Source: the human T2T-CHM13v2.0 reference genome, Homo sapiens. Taken from it: a stretch of DNA of 64,000 nt. Shown here one piece after another: positions 28,659 to 43,117 of this stretch (position 1 is its first letter; every line of letters starts with the position of its first letter). A program made the position numbers and the translations under genes. The stretch lies in NCBI RefSeq assembly GCF_009914755.1, contig NC_060925.1; one strand, given 5' to 3'. Under the pieces are notes generated by a model. The model was not told the DNA's origin and ran no database searches. It worked only from the letters and a program-made list of their open reading frames with translations.

Positions 28659-31306
28659 TAAAAATATTTTAGAGACATCATCTAAAATATGGAATTGGAA
28701 ACATTATGGAATTATTTTTACATATCCAATTGGGACAATATCACAAGTGCTAGGTTCAGATTATTTCCAAGGTCTTTAAAGTTTATACTGTGCACAGCAA
28801 CACTGATCGGCATGATTTAACATTCTTTTAAATCATGTTTCAAAAGTTAAAATTTTGCTTTTCTTTTTCCATTCAAAATATTATAATTATCTTAAAAAGA
28901 AATGTTATAATATCAAAGGCACCAAATTAGCAAAATCAAACAGGTAGGTTTGTTTGTTTGACCACCTTTTCCATACAGCTATTATAGTATGTTCTCACTG
29001 AAGGAAAGATCCTGGCCACTGTCCTAGATAAGGTCTAATACTATAAGTGGGTATCTTGAGAGAATCTGAATATACAATCCTAGATTACAATATGGCTTTA
29101 CACTCATAAGGTGGAATAGAGAATATAAACTGGGTAAAACATCAGAACTGCAAAGATTTTAGTAAACAATACCAAAACCTTTATATTGTATATTGACCTT
29201 GCATATACTCCTGATAATAATCCAGTAGATTCTAGCTGTCTTCTGGAAGCTTGCATACAAGTAAACACTGAAACTATTTCTTAGAGCTAGAATAGATACG
29301 GTAGAAAAACAGGCTGGGGATTAAAAGTCTTTGATTCTTATTCTGCCCCTGCCACTGCCATGTGCCCAGGGCAGGTTATTTCCTCTCTTGGCCTTGGTTC
29401 CCTTAAGAGAATAACCCTTCTAACTTTTAAATTCCATGATTCTAATTATTTAATATACTGCTAGTAAGTATGAAAAGACTAAAATCATATACATCAATGT
29501 GTCCTAGGGAATTTCATACACAATTCAAGGTTATTTTTGGACACAGAAAACTGAGTATTTATCAAGTTCTGTATTCAAAGAAGCAGAAAATGAAATCTGT
29601 CTTTATATATAGCATCTTACAGTTGTTTCTTAGACTTGCTGAAGTAATCATATTTAGCTTGCATCTCAAGCCTTATCCTAAATATCGAGGAATAAAACCA
29701 CATCATGTGTTAAGAGGTACTCCAAGCTATCTGGTAACATAGAAATTATGTTAAGACAGGAAAATACATACATATCTTAATGGAGATGAGGTGATAAAAC
29801 AAGGAGTACAGCAGAAGAAATTTCATCAGGAAATGCAGCACAGATGAAATGTGAATTGAAGTAGAGCCATAACCAAAAACAGAATGAAAATAAACCAAAA
29901 TGTAGTAGTTAGTTTTAAAATATTTGGCAATAAATTTGTGAACCACCAACCAAAGCTTCAAGTGTGGAAATGAGGACTGGGGTAATAAGGAAAATGTTGT
30001 CTATTTTTTTTGGAATCATGATTATATGCTATCTGGCTTCACCCTACGTCCATTTCTACCATAGACAGTGACCATCATTACCAAACCCACTGACCAGCAA
30101 AGAGATACAGGTGAATGGAGTGGAGGAAAGCAGCAGTGAAAAGAGGAAGAAAAGTGAAAAAAGTATCATATGCAAAGTACTGTTCCTTTAGGGTCTTGTA
30201 GGAGATGGTGTGGTAGATGTAAACCAATCAAAAATAAAAAGATGAAATTTCATATCAACTTCCCCTCCACTCTTAACTCAAGACTTAGGGCTTACTTAGA
30301 TGTCTGCCTACTGAAAATAATCACACATCTTCATGTCCGTTGTAACAGCTGGCCTCCCACACTGGCCTTTGCAGCCACGTCCACATATGAGGCTCATTAT
30401 GAAGTAATGAGAACATGCATATAGGACACAAACAAATATCCACCTCATTACTCTTTGGTCACACATGTATCTCAATGGCCTCAGCTCTGAATACAAAGCA
30501 CATAAGCAAACAAATATAACAGCATCAGTTAAATTCTGGTGGAAAGTAAGTAGTTTTTGTAGTTATTATATTCAATTACACCTAATTACTAGAGTTAAAT
30601 GATATAACAGCACTTTGTGAGATAATGCTCATAACCAGTTAAATTTCTACAGCCCAGTTTGGCCAATATACGCTGAGTGATTCCCCATGAATCCATCTTC
30701 TTCCACTGAAATAAATTAAGGTTAGTTTTCACCTGCTCCAACTATAAACAGATTTAACTTTAAAAAGTATAGGTAAAGTATGTGAGACATTTCAAAATGG
30801 GTAGGGAAAAAAAAGAAAACATTGATTATTTCATTTAACTCTGAAAGGAGTAATAAAGCATATACTGCTTTTCTTCAAGTTCTTAAGGGCTTTGAATTAT
30901 GTGAGGATATTTAAAGGTTAAACACATGCTTTTAGAAGCACAATGTTAATTCCTATACTTTAAACCAGATACTTCCAGATAATTTAATTTTGACACACAC
31001 ATCCAAATATAGCACCAACTGGAAAATTAAAACTCCTAAATCAGCTCAATGAATTCCTAGTTTTGAAATCACTATTTTGCGCCAGGACTCTAATTGGAAG
31101 TATGTATAACTTCTGATTTTCCATTTACTATGCTAAATAAAACTGTTTTATAGACCCCCCACCGCCGCTGCCCCGTATATCATAACTTTTGTTTTGAATG
31201 AGTATCTTGGGAAGACAACTAGAACCTTACTTTTTTTTTTAAAAAAAAAAAGGAGCCCCCAAATATACAACATGCTAATGCTATTAGAAATCTGGATCCA
31301 ATTTAC

Positions 31307-33139
31307 CTGAAGCAGAGCCATGAGCTGAGGTCATACTTTTGACCTTGGAGTCTGAGAGTCGAGAGATACTGTTAGCTCTAATTCTAGGAGAAAATTTATC
31401 TGATGGTACTAGTCTGGCTCCACTTCTAATGATGGCTTCTGCGGTCCTCGAAGAGGCACTACTTCTAGAAATTGTTGCTTCAGAGTCACTACGAGCTGAC
31501 AGTGAGCCAAGTCGTGTTCTACGAGGCTGAGCCAATAAATCAATCCGAGAGATGTTACGCCTTCCTGTGGGAGGTTTTGATGTAGAACTTGTTGTGGATA
31601 CTTCAGAAGCAACAGATGCTTTGTCAGCATCAGCAAGTTCACTGTCTGAAGCTTCACCAAGTCGTGCTCTGCGCAAGAGGGAAGTCCTGGTAGGTCGTGG
31701 CCTTGGAAGGGTGGTTGATTTACTAGATGAACCAGATACCACCGGAGAAGTCTTAGATTTCGTTACTTTACTTCCTTCCAGTTTGGAATGTACATGCTCA
31801 TCAGCTGAGGTAAGTGGAGTCCGTCCATGAGGTTTACAAGAGTAAGTTTCTTGATCAGATGACATAATATCAGAGATGGCAGAATGAGGTACACTAGAGG
31901 TTTGGTCATCATCTGTTAAGTCTACTGAGGGCTGTCTTATTCTCCCACTGGACTGAACAAATTTACGACCATCTGCTCTTGAACCCACATCTGTGGAACG
32001 ACTTTTTGTTTTCTTTTCCATTTTTTCCCTAGCACCTGAAGATGATGATTTTGTAACATCTTTGGAAGGAGAACCTGTGGAACACCTATCTTTATAGAGG
32101 CTAGTGAAACTCTTTCGCTTTTGGGTTGACTTTCTTTCAGTTTCTCCAGTAACCAGACTGATTGTACTAGCTGTATCTACATCAGATTCTGGTGAAATAG
32201 AATTGTCTCTATTATAACTGGGAGTATCTGGTCCTTCATCAGTTTTATTATCTTCACGTAGTTTAGCTTCTAGAAAAGCCATTACTGCTTCTGTGTCTTT
32301 TAGAATAAGGGTTGTGTCCATACTAGAATCAGGATCCAAAGACTCACTTCTTTCTCGTATTCTACTTGCAGATGTTAATGCTAAAGAAGAAGGAGTAGAG
32401 GAAGTCTGTTTATTTATATGGGGAATAAGTTCTATGGGTATGTTTGGGCTGGGTTTTTCTATAGTGAAGCTCCCTTGTCGCACTAATGACTTGGAGGATT
32501 CCTTCTTGTCTCCTCCCTTTGGAGTCTGACTTTTCAGAATTTCCTCAGCTTTTCTTCTCTTGCTCTCACTTTGTGCCACTCTGTCTCCTTTGCTTGTAGA
32601 ATGTCCTGAATTTTTTTCTGGAGGTTGTGATTCTTGTTTAAAAGTTTCCTCCCTACATTTATCTGTCTGACCTGAAACATTTTTGGAAGACAATTTAGTA
32701 GGTGTCCACTGAGCCTCCTCCCTTTGTTCTTGTTGTTGAAGTTTTGCTAATGTTTGCTTTACCAAAGAAGTTTCCTTATCAGTTTCACTTTTCTCTTTTC
32801 CAGGAGCAGAGCTGCCTAAGTGAAGTAGGGTTTTATTATCTCCACCAGTTTTGAGAGTCTCTCCATTTACTGCCCTGTTCATTTTACTCAAGGGTCTGTC
32901 AGCATCTTGTTTATCTTTCTGGTATACCTGTGTAGGTGTTTCTTTCTCCTGAAGTTCTGTGTCTTGTTTTTCTCCTATCTCTGACCTCTGTGTTACAACC
33001 TTTGCTCTGTGGCTCTCAAGAGACTTTTCTTCATTTGGAAGCTGGGGAAGAGTTCGTCTCCTTCTCTCTCCCTGGCTAGCCAAGGAAGTTGCAGAGCCAG
33101 TACTTCTCACTGTCATGCCAGACTCACTGATCTCTGTCT
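31307..33139 (-). CDS. CEP170: CEP170 giant coding exon (~exon 13), 1833 nt, phase 1-1; Ser/Lys/Glu-rich region including the start of the CEP170 C-terminal domain
   Basis: Coincides with the 610-aa ORF 31284..33116. Acceptor TTTATTTCATAG|AG, donor TCAG|GTAAAT. Encodes (E)[12 protein letters not shown]...SAHGSAS. Confidence 0.97.
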
Positions 33140-33208
33140 CTATGAAATAAAAACCACAAAGAAGGAATTGATTAAGACAAATAAAATAAAAATAAAAGGA
33201 GCATCATA

Positions 33209-33572
33209 CAGTTGTCTGTCAGTATCCATGAAGACTGGTTCCAGGCCCCTTATTCCCCCAGGATACCAAATCCCAAGGATGCTTGAGTACCTTATATAAA
33301 GTGGTATAATATTTGTATATAACCTACTCACACCCTCCCATATACTTTAAATCATGTCTAGATTACTTATAATACCTAATACAATGTAAAAGCTATGTAA
33401 ATAGTTGTTATACTGTATTGCTTAGTGAATAAGTACAAAAAAATAAAGACTACACACGTTCAGTGGGGACGCAATCATTTCTTTTTCCCCTCTCAAATAT
33501 TTTCAATCCTCAGTTGAATTCACAGATGCAAAACCCACTAATACAAAACCTATGGCTAGAGAGGGCCAGCTA
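33209..33572 (+). mobile_element. MER2 (TcMar-Tigger MITE)
   Basis: TA|CAGTTGTC..CAGTATCCATG...CTAGATTACTTATAATACCTAATACAATGTAAA...GAGGGCCAGCTA|TA; about 70 nt from the giant-exon acceptor. Confidence 0.85.
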
Positions 33573-33759
33573 TATTACATTACATTTTGAGATGTAAGTT
33601 AAAAATGACTTAAGTATACAAAACAAACGAGCCAGCATTGTGACGAAGTAGTTTAAGTACAATTTCAAGCTGCACAAATAAGCAATTCCTAGAGAAGTCA
33701 GGAAGGCCAATTGTATGAGATGAAAATTAGAGTCATCTGATCATTTTTCTCCTTTCATA

Positions 33760-33980
33760 TATTTAATTTTCTATTTATGAATTGACAAAAATTATATATA
33801 TTTGTGGTGTATAACATGATGTTTTGATATATGTATACCATTATGGAATGGCTAAGTCAAGCTAATTAATATATCCATTACCTCACGTACTTATCTTTTT
33901 TGTGGTGAGAACATTTAAGATCTACTTTCAGCTATTTCAAATACCCAAGGCATTGTTATTAACTATAGTCATAATGGTAT
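33760..33980 (-). mobile_element. L1MA 3' end fragment
   Basis: TATAACATGATGTTTTGATATATGTATAC...TTGTGGTGAGAACATTTAAGATCTACT. Confidence 0.75.
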
Positions 33981-35459
33981 AAAAGGGTCATCTGATCTTA
34001 AACCTAAATATATTGCTCTTCTTTCCTCTTAATGTGTTTTATAGAAGGGAAGTTCACTGTGTTCATTCTCACTTTTGTAACTTTCCATCCTTGAGGTTTG
34101 CTCAAAAAACCAGAATCTATTGTAGATTTATACAGAGAATGTCAAATAAACATTGTTTATTTTCTATATTTTCAACTACATAGTAGAGAAGAACAACATA
34201 ACTAGTTTTTAAAAAGTATTATCTACTTGAAAGAATGATAATTTTGGATTTCCTAAGTAAAGTGAAAAATGCAGAACTTTTAACAACATTTTAAAAAAAT
34301 CTATAGCCGATTAAAAGAATTTTAAAAATTGTAAGTATGTAACAGCAGACTTTTCATAGTTAGGACATAGCAAAATTTTATAAATTGAGGAATTTTTAAA
34401 TTATAGTCTTCTGGTTATTAATGCCACATATGGAAATACAAAATCCCTTTCTTTTTTTTCAAGTAGAAGCCAATGAGAAAATATATATTTTGATTTTTCC
34501 ACCTGAGAGAATTTGAGAATATTTAAGGATTTTCCTGACTATTAAAAATGGAATGTATTTCTGAGAAAAGGGAAACATCTTTTCAGGGAAATATAAATTA
34601 ACATATAAAGCTTCCTAATCTTTTAGGGATAAATGGAGAAAAGATACTAGATATAGCTTCTGTGGGTCTTTTTTTTCCTCTTTACAATCCTAAAAGTTTA
34701 GTATTTAAATATCATATCAATACAATGGATGTGATGGAGGAAAATCCATACTGAACTGATAGATTTAACTTTAGTCATTAATCATGTTATATCTTGTTTT
34801 GTTTCTTCTTTCATATATCTTATCTCCTTAGTGCTAACTGAAGCATCTAGAATGTAATGGCTACTTTACCCTTTTGTATTTTTCCAGTATTTCTCATACT
34901 GCCCCCTCCTCATATACATTCAATATGCTTAACAAAAACGTTTTATTATTTAAGTAGATTTATCAGCTTATGTAAATAAGTTCATTTAAATATGATGACA
35001 TAGAAATGAGATCATGAAAGCTAAGTGGTCTATTATTTTTTATAACAAGGGTAGAACTTTGCTTTTCACAGATAATACTTAATAATTTTATAACGGATTC
35101 TTTGGTAAAGTTATCTAGCCTTCTGTCTGGTTTCTTTGTTTCCTAAACACAGTTTATACGAACCAAATGACTCTGTTCCCTCAAAAGAATTTTTGGTCAT
35201 ACTATCAATAACTTCTAGATTCTAATATAAATAAATGACGTAGCTTTTCTAGTACACTGCTATGTAGCTTCCTCAAATACTTCTAATACTTACAAAATTC
35301 TTAAAACAGATTTTTGGGGTGCCACAAGCCTGAGACAAAACAAATTTCCATTTTCAACCGGAATGAAATTAAGAAAACAGATAAAAGCCACATACAAAAT
35401 CTCATTGAGGGTCTTTTTGCTTTTTAACTGTAAGTGAGTATTTATTTTTCAACTTGGAT

Positions 35460-35745
35460 AAGTTTTTTAATTGTTTATTGTAAGTTGACAATTTATATTT
35501 GTATATGTTTATGGTGTATAAAATGTTGACCATAAATACAATGTGAAATAATTAAATCAAGCTACTTAGCATATTCATCACCTCAAAGAGTTAACACTTT
35601 TTGTGATGAGAACATCTAAAATGTACAATACTATATTATTAACTATATTCACCATGCTGTGCAGCAGACCTCAGGAAAAAAAAAAGCTTCTTCCACCTGT
35701 CTAAGTGAGATTTTGTACCTTTTGACCATCATCTCCTCATCCTCC
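35460..35745 (-). mobile_element. L1MA 3' end fragment
   Basis: AATTAAATCAAGCTA...TTAACTATATTCACCATGCTGTGCA...TTTGTACCTTTTGACCA. Confidence 0.75.
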
Positions 35746-36650
35746 TTTCAGGGTCTTATTGTTAATTAGAAAACTAATGAACAAAAAGTAATAATGAAAT
35801 CCTTGAAGGTACACAACTTCATTTTGTTTAAAAAGCCTTTATATTTCTGTTCACAGAAATATAAAAGGTAATAAAAGTCATACTACATAGATTTGTAAGA
35901 TTATTAACTTCTTTTTCACTAAATGTACCACATGAAGTAGGCACTCAATAAATATCTGTTGTATTTATGAATGAAATCGTTTGGACCTGTCTTCAGCTTA
36001 TTTTTAAATTTTAACTTATATATATATAATATATATGTGCTTCATCTTTCTATGTAATATATACACACACCTATATATGCTTCATCTAAAAATTATTTCC
36101 TTATCTTCAGTTAAGTTTATACTTGAATAATAGCTGCATCATTAGTCAAAATCATATCTTAAGATATCAGCATATCAGAAAGAGTAGGAAGAATTTTCAT
36201 TTAAAAGTAAAGACAAAATTTAAAAACCATTCTTATTTTCAACAGCAGAAATTTACAACTAAAATGAAAAGTGCCTCGGAATGAAATATTAAATCCAAGC
36301 TGGTGTCTGTCCACCTGTCCTTAGGAAGTCTCAACTTACGAAGTCCACAAAATTTCTCAAAAAAGAGTTTTATCACTTTGAATTTGTCCCCTGCTTAAAA
36401 TCCCTCAAAATATACAATATCTAATAAAAATCAGCCTTTTACTTATAAAATGAATTCATTTATCAGCATGAGAATATGTGAATATGTTTATTTAGGTTTA
36501 ACTTACTTCTTACTATATAGATTTGGCTTGTTTTTTATAATAACAACTGATATATGATTCACAAAAAAGCAGAGAAGAGTAAGAGAAAGAGAGAGAAATG
36601 GAGAAAGAGAAGAAAAAAGGGATAAAGAATGAAAGAGAGAAAGAGAATAC

Positions 36651-36777
36651 CATTCTCTAAAGGAAGAGGTGCAGAAAATTCCATTATCCTTTCTTCTTGA
36701 TCATGCCTTGTATGATTGGCAGCCAAACTAGCCCACTGTGAAACCCAACGTTTGCTTCCAGATGAAGATGTGCCTTC
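36651..36777 (-). CDS. CEP170: CEP170 coding exon (~exon 12), 127 nt (not in the ORF track)
   Basis: Acceptor TTTTCTCCTTTAG|GAA, donor AATG|GTATTC. Encodes [42 protein letters not shown]; phases 0 to 1 link the flanking exons. Confidence 0.94.
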
Positions 36778-37096
36778 CTAAAGGAGAAAAATAAGAAAAC
36801 AAAATCATGCAGCCTGGTCATATCTGAGTCTCATGAAAGACAATTTCATTTAGTCACATTAACTTGCCATACAAACCCATAATTAAACCTCACCTTGCTA
36901 TATTATCATTGATTACATCTTCTCTTATATAAAATAAAAATTCTCTAGAAAATAAAGATCTTCTCTGAAAAAAACTATGTTACTAAAAATGACACCTCTC
37001 AATGAAAATCCAAGACAAGCCAAGGCTTCATATGAAAACTGTAATGACAACTAGGGAGTGGAAAGCTACGATGGAAACTTTATTACCAACTAGTCA

Positions 37097-37440
<344 letters not shown>

Positions 37441-37507
37441 TTAATAATGACAAGCTAAACACTGAAGAAGTGAAGACTTCAAATAGATAAATCACTATAA
37501 GATTTCA

Positions 37508-37918
<411 letters not shown>

Positions 37919-39376
37919 TTACCTGCCCACATTTCTGAGCAGTGAAGGTGGTACCAGAGCCATGTGGACCATGCTAAGAATACCAACAGTATGAGCGTCA
38001 CTGACACACGCGTATGTAAAACCATTCTGTGAAGAGTGTTCTAAATGTCCTGTTAGGTAATGTTAGGTAATTCCTACAAAGGAACCTACCAGGGCTATAG
38101 CTTTTGCTTGGCAGGGGTTGAAGGAATAGAGAAGAAAGAAGAGAGTCTATTTAAATTCACATTTACCAAAACCATTCCTGGGTTACTCAGAATGGCATCA
38201 TATTGCCTCAAATAATTATCACCTGCTTTCAATAAGTAAATTAAGTATCTCATAAAACAGAAACCAGAATAAAAATTCTCCCAATCACAGGGAAATAATG
38301 AGCACTAAAATACAGTAATTGCTTTGACAGTTTTCAGGAAATAGGCCATATAAAGAAACAATTTTAACATTAATAAACAAACAAACATATAGGTCTATTT
38401 ACCTGTATGTAAGAAACAAATCTTATTTATACTTCATACAAATGTAACATTTTATTTATATTTTCTTTATTTATACCTTGATTTTCTTCTTTTATATTTT
38501 TTCTTCTTTTATTTCCTATTTTCTATTAATTTATATTTGTATATTACAAATTAGCTCATTTCCTGAGAGACAATATAGCATGAGTCAGAGAACGAAAGCT
38601 TCCATTGAAGGTTAGCTCTTATTATCTGAATAAATAATAATTAATACTTATGCCTTAGATACTTTTTTACATTTCTTTTTGACACATCAATGTGGTATGA
38701 AATTCTAATATCATTTCTGATAAAGGTAAAAAACATTTGTTAAGTGCATAAATCTCAGGCAAGTACTATGCTGGATGCTTTATATACTTCATTAAATTCT
38801 CTGTAAATATTTTATCAAAAATGCCATTTGTGTAGATGAGAAAACAGAAGATAAGGGAGAAGTGACTGATTCAAAAGCTTTGAGCTAAAAGTGGCAGCTC
38901 TGGGTCAGATCTTTCTAGCTCTACTATGCATACTGACTCTGTAATTATCTTAACCAAGCAATCCTTAATTAATTTCATATTATTCTAATTATATCCCGGG
39001 CTGTACTGTATTTGCAGTTACTGAGTTATATAAACTGTATCTATCAGGCAGTGCCCTCGTACATGTTTCCTGGTATGATATACAGGAAACATATACTTCT
39101 AAGAAAGTATAAGCAGGATATGTTTCTTGTTTTATCTCATAATGCCAATCAGAACCATGAGCATATAGCTCATTAACTGCTTACTGAAACCTAATATTTT
39201 CCTCATTGACAAATGAATATTTCTAACACCTAATAAAAATTAAAGTTGAATTACTGCAAAATTGCTTTAGGCTTTCATTAGAAAATAAATTTATAAAAAT
39301 TTAGTTTTTAGAAGCATTTTACAAGGAGATACATTAATTGCTTAAAATAATGTAATTTACAAATGATAAGAATTCA

Positions 39377-39675
<299 letters not shown>

Positions 39676-39719
39676 TTATACTTTATGCATTCAAATAGGT
39701 ACACAGAAGAGATGTATAC

Positions 39720-39869
39720 CTCTGAGTGGTGAAATCCAGATGTAGTCAGTGGTTTTCTTTCTTCCATTACTGCTGCAGCAGAACTGAGAGCCCAATCTTT
39801 TATTAGATCTTTATGTTTTTCGTTGATAACAGGCCTATTATAATCCTGATTGTCATCTACTCCAAACAC
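39720..39869 (-). CDS. CEP170: CEP170 coding exon (~exon 11), 150 nt
   Basis: Acceptor TTTTTCCCTCTAG|GTG, donor GAG|GTATAC. Encodes [10 protein letters not shown]...GFHHSE. Confidence 0.95.
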
Positions 39870-40087
39870 CTAGAGGGAAAAATTATTTTATAAATGAAAA
39901 CGAAAAGTCTGAACACAAGATTAATATGTGAATAGTATAATTAACTTCAGAGGCAAATAAAAATATTCCAAATTAATTTTAATAGTTAATTTCAAAACTA
40001 AGGAAAACTTCTTGAATGACAGTAACAGCTAATTGTGATAGCTAGAAACGAAAGCAGGCAGTCACAGCTTATGTGAAAGTAATTATC

Positions 40088-40382
<295 letters not shown>

Positions 40383-40476
40383 GAAAGTAACTATCCTTTT
40401 TTTAACATTTAGCAAATGTCCTGTTCGATTAAAAAAAAATATTCAAGACATATTTTATTTGTTAAAAGATTTAATA

Positions 40477-40778
<302 letters not shown>

Positions 40779-42735
40779 TTAATAATGTTGTTAAACAGTA
40801 CAACAATGCAAAGAGTTAGAAAAAAGTATCTCTTCAGTTTCTTTTCAGCTTCTTTGCTCTATTATTTTTGTGACACTTGTTGAAAAACCATAAACATGTG
40901 GCTGATTTTATCTGTTCCTTCCCTAGCAAATGTTTACCATTTACACATCTGAGTTACATTTAGGCATGAAATTTTCTAAGATGCCATTTTATTGTATAAT
41001 TGCGACATAGTAGATAGCATAATTCTCAAACTGTATTTGCCTAACAATCCCTTAAAGACCTTTGTTTGAAATGCAGATTCCAGGCCTATTTAAGATTAAT
41101 TGTTTCAAAAAGCAAGTTGTCAATGTCCAACACTTCTGAAAAGTTCTAAATACAAAGACAAACAATGGCGTGCTTTTCTTTTATGGGCAGGACCTGAGTC
41201 TTACTCATTTCCTGGCACATAATAGGCCCTGGATGTCACAGAATAGATTGGAAAAATTTTAGGCATATAAATATTAACATTCTATTCTGCTATTAAATCT
41301 CCACTGTGTTCCCAATTTTTATTCTTTATAGTTATTGTTTGTGGCTCTGATTATTACAATCTAGAAAAATATCATGCATTTGAATGAGCAATTTGCAGAC
41401 AGGATCTTTAGGATATAACCAGAGAGCCTTCATTTTCTATAAGGAGAAGCTACCTCAGGCTAAACTATTTTCTAGACATAAAGTTTTAATGGTCTTATAG
41501 TACAGCTATCTGATAAGCTCTAAAGTTCATATTTAGTGAAACAGGTATCAGACTTTCTCATTCACTAAAACTTGAAAATTTTACCACTAGATGGTCTTAT
41601 TACTTAATATTTAATTCTAACATAACTATAATTGTCAAGAATTATGATTTAATATTCTCTTGAACTCCTCAATATTTAAATTATCTTTGCTTTAAGAGCA
41701 AATTATGTATTGTTTATTTTAAATCAAATATGAATTTTAATACATGGAAGCACAATGTACAGAAGGGAAAAAACAAAAACTGCTTCGTTTTGCTTAACAT
41801 TAGCGTTAAGTTTAACAGCAGTGAAAAAACCAGAGTATAACCTGTGTCCTCTACCTTTAACCCCCACTTGTAAAGAAAGCAAATTATAGCTATTCAAGTT
41901 ATTTGTGTCCGTCTTTAAAAAAGTTAATCACTCCTAACTCAAGTCACTGAACTCCAATTTTACTGAAGTTTATTTACTTATTTTATAATTACTAACAAAA
42001 ATCTAACTCAGGTTTGAAAGTTAAAATAACCACATGAGTACTTGCATTTTTGCATCTCTTTGACATGTAATTTAGAAATTATCTTGAGTGATTTTCTGAT
42101 GAATATTTCATTCTAATCCACACTAAAAACTTGATTTCCTCAAACATCTAAGCACCAGCAGTTTCAAATAAAATATCATGAACCTCTCTAAATCACTTCT
42201 GACACCACTTTGAAATGACAACAAAAAACACACGAACTAATCCTGTGAGGAAGGGGAGCTGAAGCCGGACAGAAAATACTTCGATGACGTTCGACAGATT
42301 CCTTTTAAAGCATCAGAGACAGCTATACATACATTATTAAGTAACAATTATTTCTTCTCCAAACAAGTGGTAGGGCCTGACCTACTACAGTGTGGGGAAA
42401 GAAGCCTTCAAATTTCACATCTGTTTTGATAGCGTTTTGAAAAATTAATGATAGCAATGACTACCAGCCCAGATTGAAATCCATATCTATGCGTTTCTGC
42501 CTCTAAGTAGAAACACATCCACCTGTGACAACTTTTATGTGAAAACAAATATATAAAGTTTATACTGTCTATATACTTAAAGTTAGTGTACTTTTCACAC
42601 TTATAAAAGGTACCTACAGTCTGAAAAAAGAGCTGATAATTGTACAGAACTTGAGAGCTCCTCAAAACCAAGACCAAGTATGCTAGGTTCTCTCACCTTT
42701 CATTTTAGATTCTATTCCCAGGTGATTTCACCTAG

Positions 42736-43117
<382 letters not shown>

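Noticed and set aside
29617-29731. Possible exon after TTTCTATGTTACCAG (DSLEYLLTHDVVLFLDI-stop) with a GTAAGA donor
   Set aside because: The donor context is weak and several AG/GT options compete; not distinguishable from background without RNA data.
31339-33299. Plus-strand and alternative-frame ORFs overlapping the giant exon
   Set aside because: Short shadow ORFs expected opposite a long coding exon; no independent signals.
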